Assembly: GCA_035270805.1 (NCBI GenBank)
Contig: DATESM010000077.1
Span: forward strand, 1 to 24,000
Direction: 5' to 3'
DNA: 24,000 nucleotides
Source: Bacilli bacterium
GTDB taxonomy: Bacteria; Bacillota_I; Bacilli_A; RFN20; CAG-826
The notes beneath the pieces were generated by a model that was not told the DNA's origin, searched no databases, and worked only from the letters and a program-made list of their open reading frames with translations. The first letter of the stretch is position 1; every line of letters starts with the position of its first letter. Below, one piece after another: positions 7,236 to 18,061 of the stretch. The translations under genes were made by a program, and so were the position numbers.

Positions 7236-8597
7236 ATGATCAAGTCGATTTCAGAAATCACTCAATTGTGGGATCGCTCACTAGCGAGAATCAAAGAGAA
7301 AATAACCGAAAGACACGTGTACGATGCTTTTTTTACAAACACATACATTTACACAATTAATGGTGACACCATCTCTGTAGTTGCTAATTCAAATTTAGCT
7401 AAATCCGTCCTCGCTTCAACCTACACCAATCTCGTTGAAGAAATCGTGGCCGATATTACAGAATCTAACTATCGTATTGATTTTATTGTTGCTGAAGAAA
7501 TTAGTAAAACCGTCGAAAAACCTGTCGAAAAAGCCCGTTCTTCTTTTTTCCAAACATCAAAAATAAATCCCAAATTTACATTTGACAACTTTGTTGTTGG
7601 TCGCAATAGCAACCTCCAAGCCTATCAAGCCGCCCTGATGATTTCTGCCACACCAGGCAAGATGTATAACCCTTTATTCATCTATGCCTCTTCTGGACTT
7701 GGCAAAACGCATTTACTGCATGCCATCGGTAATTATATAAAAGAAACCACACCTTTACTCAATGTTTTATACATCTCCACTGATGACTTTGTTGAAGAGT
7801 ATATTCGCTTCGTCCATGGTGACAAAGAAAGCGAATCTTTAAAAGATTTCTTCCGCTCAATTGATGTTCTGCTCATTGATGATATTCAATTTTTAGCGGA
7901 AAAACCAAAAACTGAAGAAATGTTTTTTCACATCTTTAATTCCCTCGTTAATAGTAACAAACAAATAGTCCTGACAAGCGACCGTCATCCCAGCGAATTA
8001 AAGGGGCTTGAAAACCGCTTAGTATCGCGTTTTAACCAAGGTTTACAAATCAGCATTTCTGTCCCCGATTTAGAAACACGCAAAGAGATTTTGAAGAAGA
8101 AAATCATTGCCAATAACCTTGACGTTAATGACTTTGATGACGATGTTTTGGAGTTCTTTGCTGATCGCTTTGGCAACAATGTTCGCGACCTCGAAGGCGC
8201 ACTCAATCGTTTGCTGTTTTTTATCATTAACATCCATCCCACAACCAAAGTCACCTACGAAATTGCCGCTCAATCGGTTGAATCGCTCATCAATGTACTC
8301 GATTCTCAAACCAAACTGAGTGAAAAGCGTGTGATTAGTGTTGTTGCCGACTATTATAACTTAACGCCTACCCAATTAACCGGGCGCAACCGGACCACAC
8401 AAGTGAGCATGGCCCGCCATATCGCGATGTATCTGATGCGCGAACTACTCGACCTCCCCTTTTCTAAGGTTGGTAAAGCTTTTGGGGGCAAAGACCACTC
8501 GACTGTGATGAACGCGATTCAAAAGGTGGAGAAATTGTTGAAAACGGATCCGTCTTTCAAGAAAGTTATCGACGACTTGAATGCTAGATTAAAATAA
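7236..8597 (+). CDS. dnaA: Chromosomal replication initiator protein DnaA
   Basis: 453-aa ORF. AAA+ Walker A GLGKTHLL and Walker B LLIDDIQF are present. The domain IV DNA-binding helix region reads ..RHIAMYLMRELLDLPFSKVGKAFGGKDHSTVMNAIQKVE... The gene is flanked by DnaA boxes, with dnaN downstream. Confidence 0.98.
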   Translation: MIKSISEITQLWDRSLARIKEKITERHVYDAFFTNTYIYTINGDTISVVANSNLAKSVLASTYTNLVEEIVADITESNYRIDFIVAEEISKTVEKPVEKARSSFFQTSKINPKFTFDNFVVGRNSNLQAYQAALMISATPGKMYNPLFIYASSGLGKTHLLHAIGNYIKETTPLLNVLYISTDDFVEEYIRFVHGDKESESLKDFFRSIDVLLIDDIQFLAEKPKTEEMFFHIFNSLVNSNKQIVLTSDRHPSELKGLENRLVSRFNQGLQISISVPDLETRKEILKKKIIANNLDVNDFDDDVLEFFADRFGNNVRDLEGALNRLLFFIINIHPTTKVTYEIAAQSVESLINVLDSQTKLSEKRVISVVADYYNLTPTQLTGRNRTTQVSMARHIAMYLMRELLDLPFSKVGKAFGGKDHSTVMNAIQKVEKLLKTDPSFKKVIDDLNARLK

Positions 8598-8666
8598 GCT
8601 TTTATGTAATAAAACCTATACTATTGAACCCAGAGTTGTGGTAAAATAGTAATAGCAAATTGTGGG

Positions 8667-8706
8667 TTTTCCACAGAACCAACAGCCCTTATTATTACTA
8701 TTATTT
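8667..8706. promoter_or_regulatory. Candidate origin unwinding module: DnaA box, GC-richer spacer and DnaA-trio-like (TTA)n array
   Basis: TTTTCCACA (8667-8675, 8/9) is followed by GAACCAACAGCCC (8676-8688) and then TTA TTA TTA CTA TTA TTT (8689-8706). The complementary strand read 3'-5' is AAT AAT AAT GAT AAT AAA. A weaker box, TGTGGTAAA, lies at 8637-8645. Confidence 0.55.
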
Positions 8707-8724
8707 TGAGAGGAATAGAAATAT

Positions 8725-9858
8725 ATGAAATTTAAAATTAACAGGGAGCAGTTTTTGAAAGGTTTAACCGTTGCGGCTAAGCCAACAAACGCCAAGTCAC
8801 CGATTCCAGTCTTGAGCAACATTCTGCTCTCGCTCGACGAAAAAGGATTACATCTTTTGGGATCCAATGGTGAGTTAGCGATGAAAACATTGATCCCGCT
8901 AAAAGTGAACGACTTAGAAGTGATTCGTGTCTACACCGAAGGCGAATGTTTGGTTTCAAGCAAAATCATCACGGAAATGATTAGGAAACTCGAAGGTAAT
9001 GAAATTGACTTTGAATTATTTGATGGCTCGATCGCAAAAATCGAGGATGGCAGAACTAAATATAATCTTAACTCTGTCCGTCCAGAAGAGTACCCGGAAA
9101 TCGACTTAGATAAAAACGGCGTCACATTTGAAGTTGACAGCAAAAAGTTCATCCGCCTTGTTGACCAAACTTCATTTGCGGCCAGCACCAAAGAACAACG
9201 CCCGATTTTGACTGCTCTTCATCTAGAAGCGAGCGAGGGTGAGTTAACCGCGATAGCAACTGACTCAGCGCGTTTAGCCAAAAAGACGATTGAAATCAAA
9301 GATAACGTTGTTTTCTCCGCGAATGTGCCTGCTCGTGTGCTCCAAGAAATTGCTAAAACAATCGAAACAACACCAGGCGTTAACTCGGTTGAAATTTCTG
9401 TTAGCGATAAAAAGATTCTATTTGAGTTTGATGGCACAGTTGTCTCCTCGCGGTTGATCGCGGGCGATTACCCCAACACCAAAAACATTATTCCTAAGGC
9501 TTATAATAGTTTCCTTGAAGTTAACTCGAGCGAACTACTAAAGGCGATGGAACGGGTTGCGCTTCTAGCGGCTAACGAAAGAGAGAACATTGTTAAGTTA
9601 ACGATGAACGAAGAACTTGTCGTTATTTCATCCAGAAGCCCGCTATCTGGTAGTGCAACAGAGACAATTACGACCTGTAAGTATTCTGGAGACCCACTAG
9701 AAATATCCTTCAATTATCTCTTCGTCAGTGCGGCTGTTAAGGCCTGCCAATCCGAAGATGTCAATGTCGGGTTTTTAGGCGAAATGAAGCCATTTAGTGT
9801 CAAGGTCAACGATGACCCCAGCCACGTTCAAATCGTCACACCAGTCCGCACTTACTAG
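8725..9858 (+). CDS. dnaN: DNA polymerase III beta sliding clamp
   Basis: 377-aa ORF beginning MKFKINREQFLKGL.., a typical DnaN N-terminus. The length of ~375 aa fits, the SD GAGAGGAA lies upstream, and the gene is immediately downstream of dnaA. Confidence 0.97.
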   Translation: MKFKINREQFLKGLTVAAKPTNAKSPIPVLSNILLSLDEKGLHLLGSNGELAMKTLIPLKVNDLEVIRVYTEGECLVSSKIITEMIRKLEGNEIDFELFDGSIAKIEDGRTKYNLNSVRPEEYPEIDLDKNGVTFEVDSKKFIRLVDQTSFAASTKEQRPILTALHLEASEGELTAIATDSARLAKKTIEIKDNVVFSANVPARVLQEIAKTIETTPGVNSVEISVSDKKILFEFDGTVVSSRLIAGDYPNTKNIIPKAYNSFLEVNSSELLKAMERVALLAANERENIVKLTMNEELVVISSRSPLSGSATETITTCKYSGDPLEISFNYLFVSAAVKACQSEDVNVGFLGEMKPFSVKVNDDPSHVQIVTPVRTY

Positions 9859-9890
9859 GCCTAAAAAGGGCGAATTAGACAGCCTCGCAC

Positions 9891-9918
9891 AAGGGAATAT
9901 AAATATTCCCTTTTTTTG
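9891..9918 (+). terminator. Rho-independent terminator after dnaN
   Basis: AAGGGAAUAU..AUAUUCCCUU hairpin (9891-9912) followed by a U-run to 9917. Confidence 0.7.
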
Positions 9919-9925
9919 TTGTTTG

Positions 9926-9934
9926 TGGTACAAT
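9926..9934 (+). promoter_or_regulatory. Candidate extended -10 promoter for yaaA-recF-gyrB-gyrA
   Basis: TGgTACAAT lies directly after the dnaN terminator and 30 nt upstream of the yaaA ATG. I see no convincing -35 element. Confidence 0.4.
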
Positions 9935-9964
9935 AAATCAAAGAAACGATAAGCAAAAACAACT

Positions 9965-10166
9965 ATGGAAAAAAAGAACAAAAAAGACTACATTACCTTG
10001 GGTCAAGCCTTAAAAAAATACGACCTTGCTGATACGGGTGGGATGGCGAAAACGCTGATCATCAACGGCGAGGTTTTTGTTGATGGGGTGATTGACACAA
10101 GAAGAGGCCGCAAGCTCTATGGTGGTGAAATCATTAGAGTGGGCGATCGTGAAGCCAGTATTGAAC

Positions 10167-10186
<20 letters not shown>
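9965..10186 (+). CDS. yaaA: Small S4-domain RNA-binding protein YaaA
   Basis: 73-aa ORF. ITLGQALK...GGMAK......V.VDG....RRGRKLY.G..I is colinear with B. subtilis YaaA. It occupies the canonical slot between dnaN and recF. Confidence 0.85.
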
Positions 10187-13252
<3,066 letters not shown>

Positions 13253-13265
13253 GGAGGACACAATC

Positions 13266-15803
13266 ATGATTGATGATGAAAATAAAGTCATAGACGAAGA
13301 AATTCAACCAGAATTAAAGTCTGGGATCGAAGCGGGTGTTCATGATGTTGAAGTTGCTCATGAAGTGCGAAGTGCCTTTCTTGATTATGCGATGTCTGTC
13401 ATCGTTTCTCGGGCCATCCCTGATGTAAGAGACGGGTTTAAACCTGTTCACCGTCGAATTGTTTTTGGCATGAACGAAACAGGGATGACACCTGACAAAC
13501 CACACAAGAAAAGCGCCCGTATCGTTGGGGACGTCATGGGTAAATATCACCCACACGGCGACTCAGCGATTTATTCAACACTCGTCCGTTTGGCGCAACC
13601 ATTTTCAATGCGTTATACACTCGTTGATGGACATGGTAACTTTGGTAGTGTCGATGGCGATGAAGCCGCTGCAATGCGTTATACCGAAGCGAGAATGACA
13701 AAGCTTGCGCTTGAAATCGTTCGCGATATCAACCAAGATACAGTCGATTTTGTCGATAACTATGATGGTAGCGAAAAAGAACCGGAAGTTTTACCAAGTC
13801 GCTTTCCAAACTTGCTTGTTAATGGCAGTTCAGGGATTGCGGTTGGGATGGCGACGAACATGCCTCCACACAACTTAACCGAAACAATTAACGCAATTAA
13901 ACTTATTGCGGTCAACCCCGACATTACCCCGAAAGAAATTATGGAACAAGCCCTGTTTGGTCCTGACTTTCCTACAGGCGCGATGATTTTAGGCAAAAAA
14001 GGAATTCTTGATGCTTACGAAACTGGCCGCGGGAGCGTCATTATTCGCTCAAAAGCACACTTCGAAGAATTATCTAACGGCAAAACAAGGATCATCATTG
14101 ATGAAATTCCTTATCAGGTCAATAAAGCCCGTTTGATTGAGTCAATTGCCGATCTTGTTCGTAATAAAATCGTTGATGGCATTACCGACATTCGTGATGA
14201 ATCCAATAAAGAAGGTATTCGGGTTGTGATTGAACTAAGAAGAGATGTCATTCCTGAAGTTATTCTCAACAATTTATACAAACAAACCCAACTACAAACT
14301 AGTTTTGGCATTATTAACCTCTGTCTAGTTGATAAAGCCCCACAAGTGTTGAACATTAAACAATTGCTTGGTCATTATTTAAATTTCCAAGTCGATATCA
14401 TTAGACGGAGAACCCAACATCAACTCGCGGTCGCGGAAGCCCGTGATCACATAGTCATCGGTCTTATTAAGGCCAATGAAAACATTGATGAAATTGTTCA
14501 AATCATTAAAGCAAGCGCGAACACTGAAGAAGCAACATCGCGCCTCATTGAACGCTTTGGATTCACCGAAATTCAAACCAAAGAAGTCCTATCAATGACC
14601 TTGAGAAGATTGACAGGTTTAGAGAAAGAAAAATTACTACAAGAACGCGAACAACTAGAAATTAACATAGCAAAATACCGCTTAATTCTTTCTAGTCGCG
14701 AAAACATGGTTGATGTGGTCCTTACCGAACTCGACGAAATCAAAAACAAATTCGGCGATGAAAGAAGAACCGAAATCAGTAACCAAGAAGCCAATATTGA
14801 TGATGAAAGCCTCATTCCAGAGGAAGAAATCATTGTTTCAATCACGAAGAAGGGTTATGTCAAACGGATGAGTCCAGATGAATTCAGAACCCAAAAACGT
14901 GGGGGCAAGGGTGTTAAAGGCATGAAGACAAATGAAGATGATCTTGTCGACACGCTCGTCCACACTAAAACCCATACCGATATCTTATTCTTCACCAACT
15001 CGGGTAAAGTTTATCGCATTCGCGGTCACCAAATTCCCGAACAACAAAGAACGGGTAAGGGGATGCCTATTGTCAATCTCCTCAACCTTGATAAAGAAGA
15101 AACAGTCCGTGCCATCCTCAGTGTCGATCACTACGATGCCGGCACCTTCCTCTTCTATGTCACCCGTCTTGGTGTTGTTAAACGGACGAGCCTTGAAGAA
15201 TTCTCCCGTATCAACCAAAACGGAAAAATCGCAATCAATCTTCGCGATGGTGACCAACTCATTGATGTAAAAGTCACAAACGGTGAAGCTTTAATTGGCA
15301 TCGCCGCGAGTAATGGTAAGATGGTTAAATTCAATGAAGATGATGTCAGAAGCATGGGGCGGACTGCCGCCGGCGTTAAAGGGATTAACCTTGACGAAGG
15401 TGATTTTGTTGTTGGTGTCACGACCTCACTTGAAGGCGAACTGATCTTAGCGCTCACTTCCCGTGGTTATGGCAAAATGAGTGCAGCGGAAGACTATCGT
15501 TTGACCAAACGTGGTAGTAAGGGTGTTGCAACGATTAAAGCCAGTGAAAAAGTTGGCTCACTTGTTGGCATTCGCGCGGTTAAGGGGGACGAAGACCTCT
15601 TCCTCATTACCGAAGCAGGAACTGTGATCCGCATTAGCCTTGAACAAGTTTCCGTCCTTGGCCGGAACACACAAGGCGTTAAGGTCATTAATTTGAAGAA
15701 AAACGAAACGCTATCCTCCTTTGCGGTTGTCGAGCACGGTGAAGATGAAGAGTGCGACGATAGTGTCGAAGGCGAAGAGCAAACTAAAGAAGAAGTCGAA
15801 TAA
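13266..15803 (+). CDS. gyrA: DNA gyrase subunit A
   Basis: The ORF-track start at 13182 lies inside gyrB. I prefer ATG 13266, 9 nt after the SD AAGGAGG (13250-13256). Motifs include [32 protein letters not shown], the [13 protein letters not shown], the active-site AAMRYTE, and the GyrA-box QRTGKG (QRxGxG) in the C-terminal beta-pinwheel. Confidence 0.98.
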   Translation: MIDDENKVIDEEIQPELKSGIEAGVHDVEVAHEVRSAFLDYAMSVIVSRAIPDVRDGFKPVHRRIVFGMNETGMTPDKPHKKSARIVGDVMGKYHPHGDSAIYSTLVRLAQPFSMRYTLVDGHGNFGSVDGDEAAAMRYTEARMTKLALEIVRDINQDTVDFVDNYDGSEKEPEVLPSRFPNLLVNGSSGIAVGMATNMPPHNLTETINAIKLIAVNPDITPKEIMEQALFGPDFPTGAMILGKKGILDAYETGRGSVIIRSKAHFEELSNGKTRIIIDEIPYQVNKARLIESIADLVRNKIVDGITDIRDESNKEGIRVVIELRRDVIPEVILNNLYKQTQLQTSFGIINLCLVDKAPQVLNIKQLLGHYLNFQVDIIRRRTQHQLAVAEARDHIVIGLIKANENIDEIVQIIKASANTEEATSRLIERFGFTEIQTKEVLSMTLRRLTGLEKEKLLQEREQLEINIAKYRLILSSRENMVDVVLTELDEIKNKFGDERRTEISNQEANIDDESLIPEEEIIVSITKKGYVKRMSPDEFRTQKRGGKGVKGMKTNEDDLVDTLVHTKTHTDILFFTNSGKVYRIRGHQIPEQQRTGKGMPIVNLLNLDKEETVRAILSVDHYDAGTFLFYVTRLGVVKRTSLEEFSRINQNGKIAINLRDGDQLIDVKVTNGEALIGIAASNGKMVKFNEDDVRSMGRTAAGVKGINLDEGDFVVGVTTSLEGELILALTSRGYGKMSAAEDYRLTKRGSKGVATIKASEKVGSLVGIRAVKGDEDLFLITEAGTVIRISLEQVSVLGRNTQGVKVINLKKNETLSSFAVVEHGEDEECDDSVEGEEQTKEEVE

Positions 15804-15810
15804 AATATGA

Positions 15811-15836
15811 CGTCGCAGCAATGCGGCGTTTTTTTT
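15811..15836 (+). terminator. Rho-independent terminator after gyrA
   Basis: CGUCGCA-GCAA-UGCGGCG (7 bp with one G-U pair) followed by eight U, starting 8 nt after the gyrA stop. Confidence 0.85.
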
Positions 15837-15853
15837 ATTACGTGCGATGAATA

Positions 15854-15882
15854 TTGCTTTATTTTATCTATCCATATAAAAT
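15854..15882 (+). promoter_or_regulatory. Candidate sigma-A promoter of the serS T-box leader
   Basis: TTGCTT (15854-15859), a 17-nt spacer and TAAAAT (15877-15882). It lies just upstream of the base of Stem I. Confidence 0.6.
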
Positions 15883-15888
15883 AAGGGT

Positions 15889-16090
15889 GTTCGATGAAGA
15901 GGCTAGTAATTAGACCTGACTTTATAGCGAGTTAGTGAGGGTGTAAGACTAACAGTTAGCAAAATGAATTCCACCTCTGAGAATGAACTTAACCGTTCCG
16001 CTGGTTTCCGTTAAAAACTATCAAGATGCAGTAAATGCATGAATTAGGTGGCACCGCGTTAGTTAACGCCCTATGTTGGGCGTTTTTTAT
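15889..16090 (+). promoter_or_regulatory. T-box tRNA-sensing transcription attenuation leader (serS)
   Basis: Stem I spans 15889-15988. Its elements are the base pairing GUUC/GAAC, a GA/K-turn motif (GAUGA .. UGAGAA), AGUA, the AG bulge AGCGA and the distal-loop motif GGUGUAA. A Stem III hairpin AUGCA-GUAA-UGCAU lies at 16026-16039. The T-box sequence AAUUAGGUGGCACCGCG lies at 16042-16058. The terminator AACGCCC-UAUGUU-GGGCGUU plus U-run lies at 16065-16090. The SD and serS ATG follow. Confidence 0.88.
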
Positions 16091-16112
16091 TTTCTTATAG
16101 GAGGAAAAATAG

Positions 16113-17393
16113 ATGATTGATATCAATTTAATTAGAGAGCATACACAATTTGTAACAGAAGCCCTAGCAAAAAAGGGGTGGAATGAAGATTTTAAACAAT
16201 TACTAGCGCAAGACGCTCAAAGACGGCAATTGCGCCAAGATGTCGAAAACGCAAAAGCTGAGCAAAATAAATTAAGTGCCTCAGTCCCTGTTGTTAAAAA
16301 AGCAGGCGGAGACATCAATGAAATCTTTGCTAAAGTAAAGGCCATCAAAGCCGATAACGAAGCCAAAGAAGCTGAACTAGCTATTTTAGAAGCCAACATC
16401 AATAAGACACTACTCGAGCTTCCAAATTTACCGGATGGCGACTTATTGAGTGGAGCCAAAGAAAACAATCGCGTGATTCATACATTTTTAGAGGCCCCTC
16501 ATTTTGATTTTCCTGTTAAAGACCACGTTGAACTCTGTGAAACACTCGGTTTAATCGATTACAAAAGAGCTGCGAAAATTAGTGGGAGTGGCACCTGGAT
16601 TTATCGTGGACTTGGGGCGATGCTTGAATGGGCACTGCTTAATTTCTTTATAAGTGAACACATCAAAGATGGCTATGAAATGATTATTCCTCCACACATG
16701 CTTAACTACGAAAGTGGTGTGACGGCTGGTCAATTCCCAAAATTTGAGAGTGATGTTTTTTGGCTTGAGGGAATGAGTCCTCGCCGCTTCCTCCTACCAA
16801 CAGCGGAAACAGCACTTGTTAACATTCACCGTGATGAAATTTTAAGTGAAGAAGAACTACCACATAAATATTTTGCCTATACCCCCTGTTATCGTAGCGA
16901 GGCTGGTTCATACCGGACCGAAGAGAGGGGAATGATTCGTGGTTATCAATTCAATAAAGTTGAAATCGTTCAATACACCAAAGAAGACGAGAGTGATGCT
17001 GCCTTTGAAGAAATGCTGAACAAGGCCAAATCCTTAGTGGAAAAGTTAGGCTTACATTTCCAAATTTCTAAACTCGCCGCTGGCGATTGCTCCCATTCTA
17101 TGGCGCGAACTTATGATATCGAAGTATGGATTCCTTCAATGGGTATTTATAAAGAAGTGAGCAGTGTTTCTAACGCCCGTGACTATCAAGCTCGGCGCGG
17201 GATGATGCGCTACCGTGATAAGGAAACAGGTAAGGTTAAGTATGTCCATACCCTCAATGCCAGTGGCCTAGCGACCAGTCGTCTAGTGCCGGCGATTGTT
17301 GAACAATATCAAACGAGTAAGGGTGAGGTTATTATTCCTACGGTCTTGAGACCATTCATGGGTGGAATCGAAAAGATTTCGCTCACTAAATAA
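16113..17393 (+). CDS. serS: Seryl-tRNA synthetase
   Basis: 426-aa ORF with an N-terminal coiled-coil arm. Class II motifs are present, including LLPTAETAL.., TPCYRSEAGS and ..LNASGLATSRLVPAIVEQYQ... The SD AGGAGGAAA lies upstream. Confidence 0.97.
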   Translation: MIDINLIREHTQFVTEALAKKGWNEDFKQLLAQDAQRRQLRQDVENAKAEQNKLSASVPVVKKAGGDINEIFAKVKAIKADNEAKEAELAILEANINKTLLELPNLPDGDLLSGAKENNRVIHTFLEAPHFDFPVKDHVELCETLGLIDYKRAAKISGSGTWIYRGLGAMLEWALLNFFISEHIKDGYEMIIPPHMLNYESGVTAGQFPKFESDVFWLEGMSPRRFLLPTAETALVNIHRDEILSEEELPHKYFAYTPCYRSEAGSYRTEERGMIRGYQFNKVEIVQYTKEDESDAAFEEMLNKAKSLVEKLGLHFQISKLAAGDCSHSMARTYDIEVWIPSMGIYKEVSSVSNARDYQARRGMMRYRDKETGKVKYVHTLNASGLATSRLVPAIVEQYQTSKGEVIIPTVLRPFMGGIEKISLTK

Positions 17394-17396
17394 ATT

Positions 17397-17405
17397 TGCT
17401 ATAAT
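17397..17405 (+). promoter_or_regulatory. Candidate extended -10 promoter of the SRP RNA gene
   Basis: TGcTATAAT begins 4 nt after the serS stop. The predicted transcription start near 17412 coincides with the 5' end of the SRP RNA closing helix. Confidence 0.55.
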
Positions 17406-17411
17406 AATGAT

Positions 17412-17490
17412 GCCATCGCGATGGGTATTATTCGAACCAGGTCAGGACGGGAACGTAGCAGCCTTAAGATTGGTATTCATGTGCGGTGGT
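17412..17490 (+). ncRNA. ffs: Small (4.5S-type, ~80 nt) signal recognition particle RNA
   Basis: The conserved helix-8 core CCAGGUCAGG-ACG-GGAA-CGU-AGCAGCC has a GGAA tetraloop. It compares with the E. coli 4.5S sequence CCAGGUCAGGUCCGGAAGGAAGCAGCC. The closing helix pairs 17412-17419 with 17483-17490 (two G-U pairs) and is followed by UUUAUUUUU. No Alu-domain sequence is present. Confidence 0.8.
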
Positions 17491-17504
17491 TTTATTTTTA
17501 AATC

Positions 17505-17969
17505 ATGAACGAACTAGATATAAAATTTATGCGAGCGGCTTTAAAAGAAGCGCAAAAGGCCTATCTACACGACGAAGTTCCGATTGGCGCCGTGCTTGTT
17601 AAGGATGGAAAAATTATTGCTCGAGGTTATAACAACCGTGAGAGCAAGCTTGATCCAACAGGACATGCCGAAATTATTGTCATGCGAAAGGCCGCAAAGA
17701 AATTGAAGAACTGGCGCTTAGAAGATACGACCCTCTATGTGACAATCGAACCATGCAGTATGTGTGCTGGTGCCTCAATTTGGGCCCGAGTTGGGCGGAT
17801 AGTGTATGGCGCCAAAGAACCCAAAGGTGGGGCCCTTGGAAGTTCCTACAACCTCTTCGAACAAAAGGCGATGAATCATTACCCGACGATTACTGCTGGT
17901 GTACTTGAACAGGAGTGTGGACAAATCATTTCACAATATTTCAAAGACAAAAGAAGTCGCAAAAAATAA
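17505..17969 (+). CDS. tadA: tRNA-specific adenosine-34 deaminase TadA
   Basis: 154-aa ORF. Deaminase zinc motifs HAE (..TGHAEIIV..) and PCSMCAGA are present, and the N-terminus ..FMRAALKEAQKA..EVPIGAVLV is colinear with Bacillus and E. coli TadA. There is no recognisable SD before ATG 17505 or before the alternative ATG 17529. Confidence 0.92.
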   Translation: MNELDIKFMRAALKEAQKAYLHDEVPIGAVLVKDGKIIARGYNNRESKLDPTGHAEIIVMRKAAKKLKNWRLEDTTLYVTIEPCSMCAGASIWARVGRIVYGAKEPKGGALGSSYNLFEQKAMNHYPTITAGVLEQECGQIISQYFKDKRSRKK

Positions 17970-18061
17970 CTGCAAAAAGACAATATATAGAGGGCGTTAA
18001 TGTTTTTATTATGATAAAAACAATGTACAATAACTATATATTTTTGTGATGGGAGGCCATT

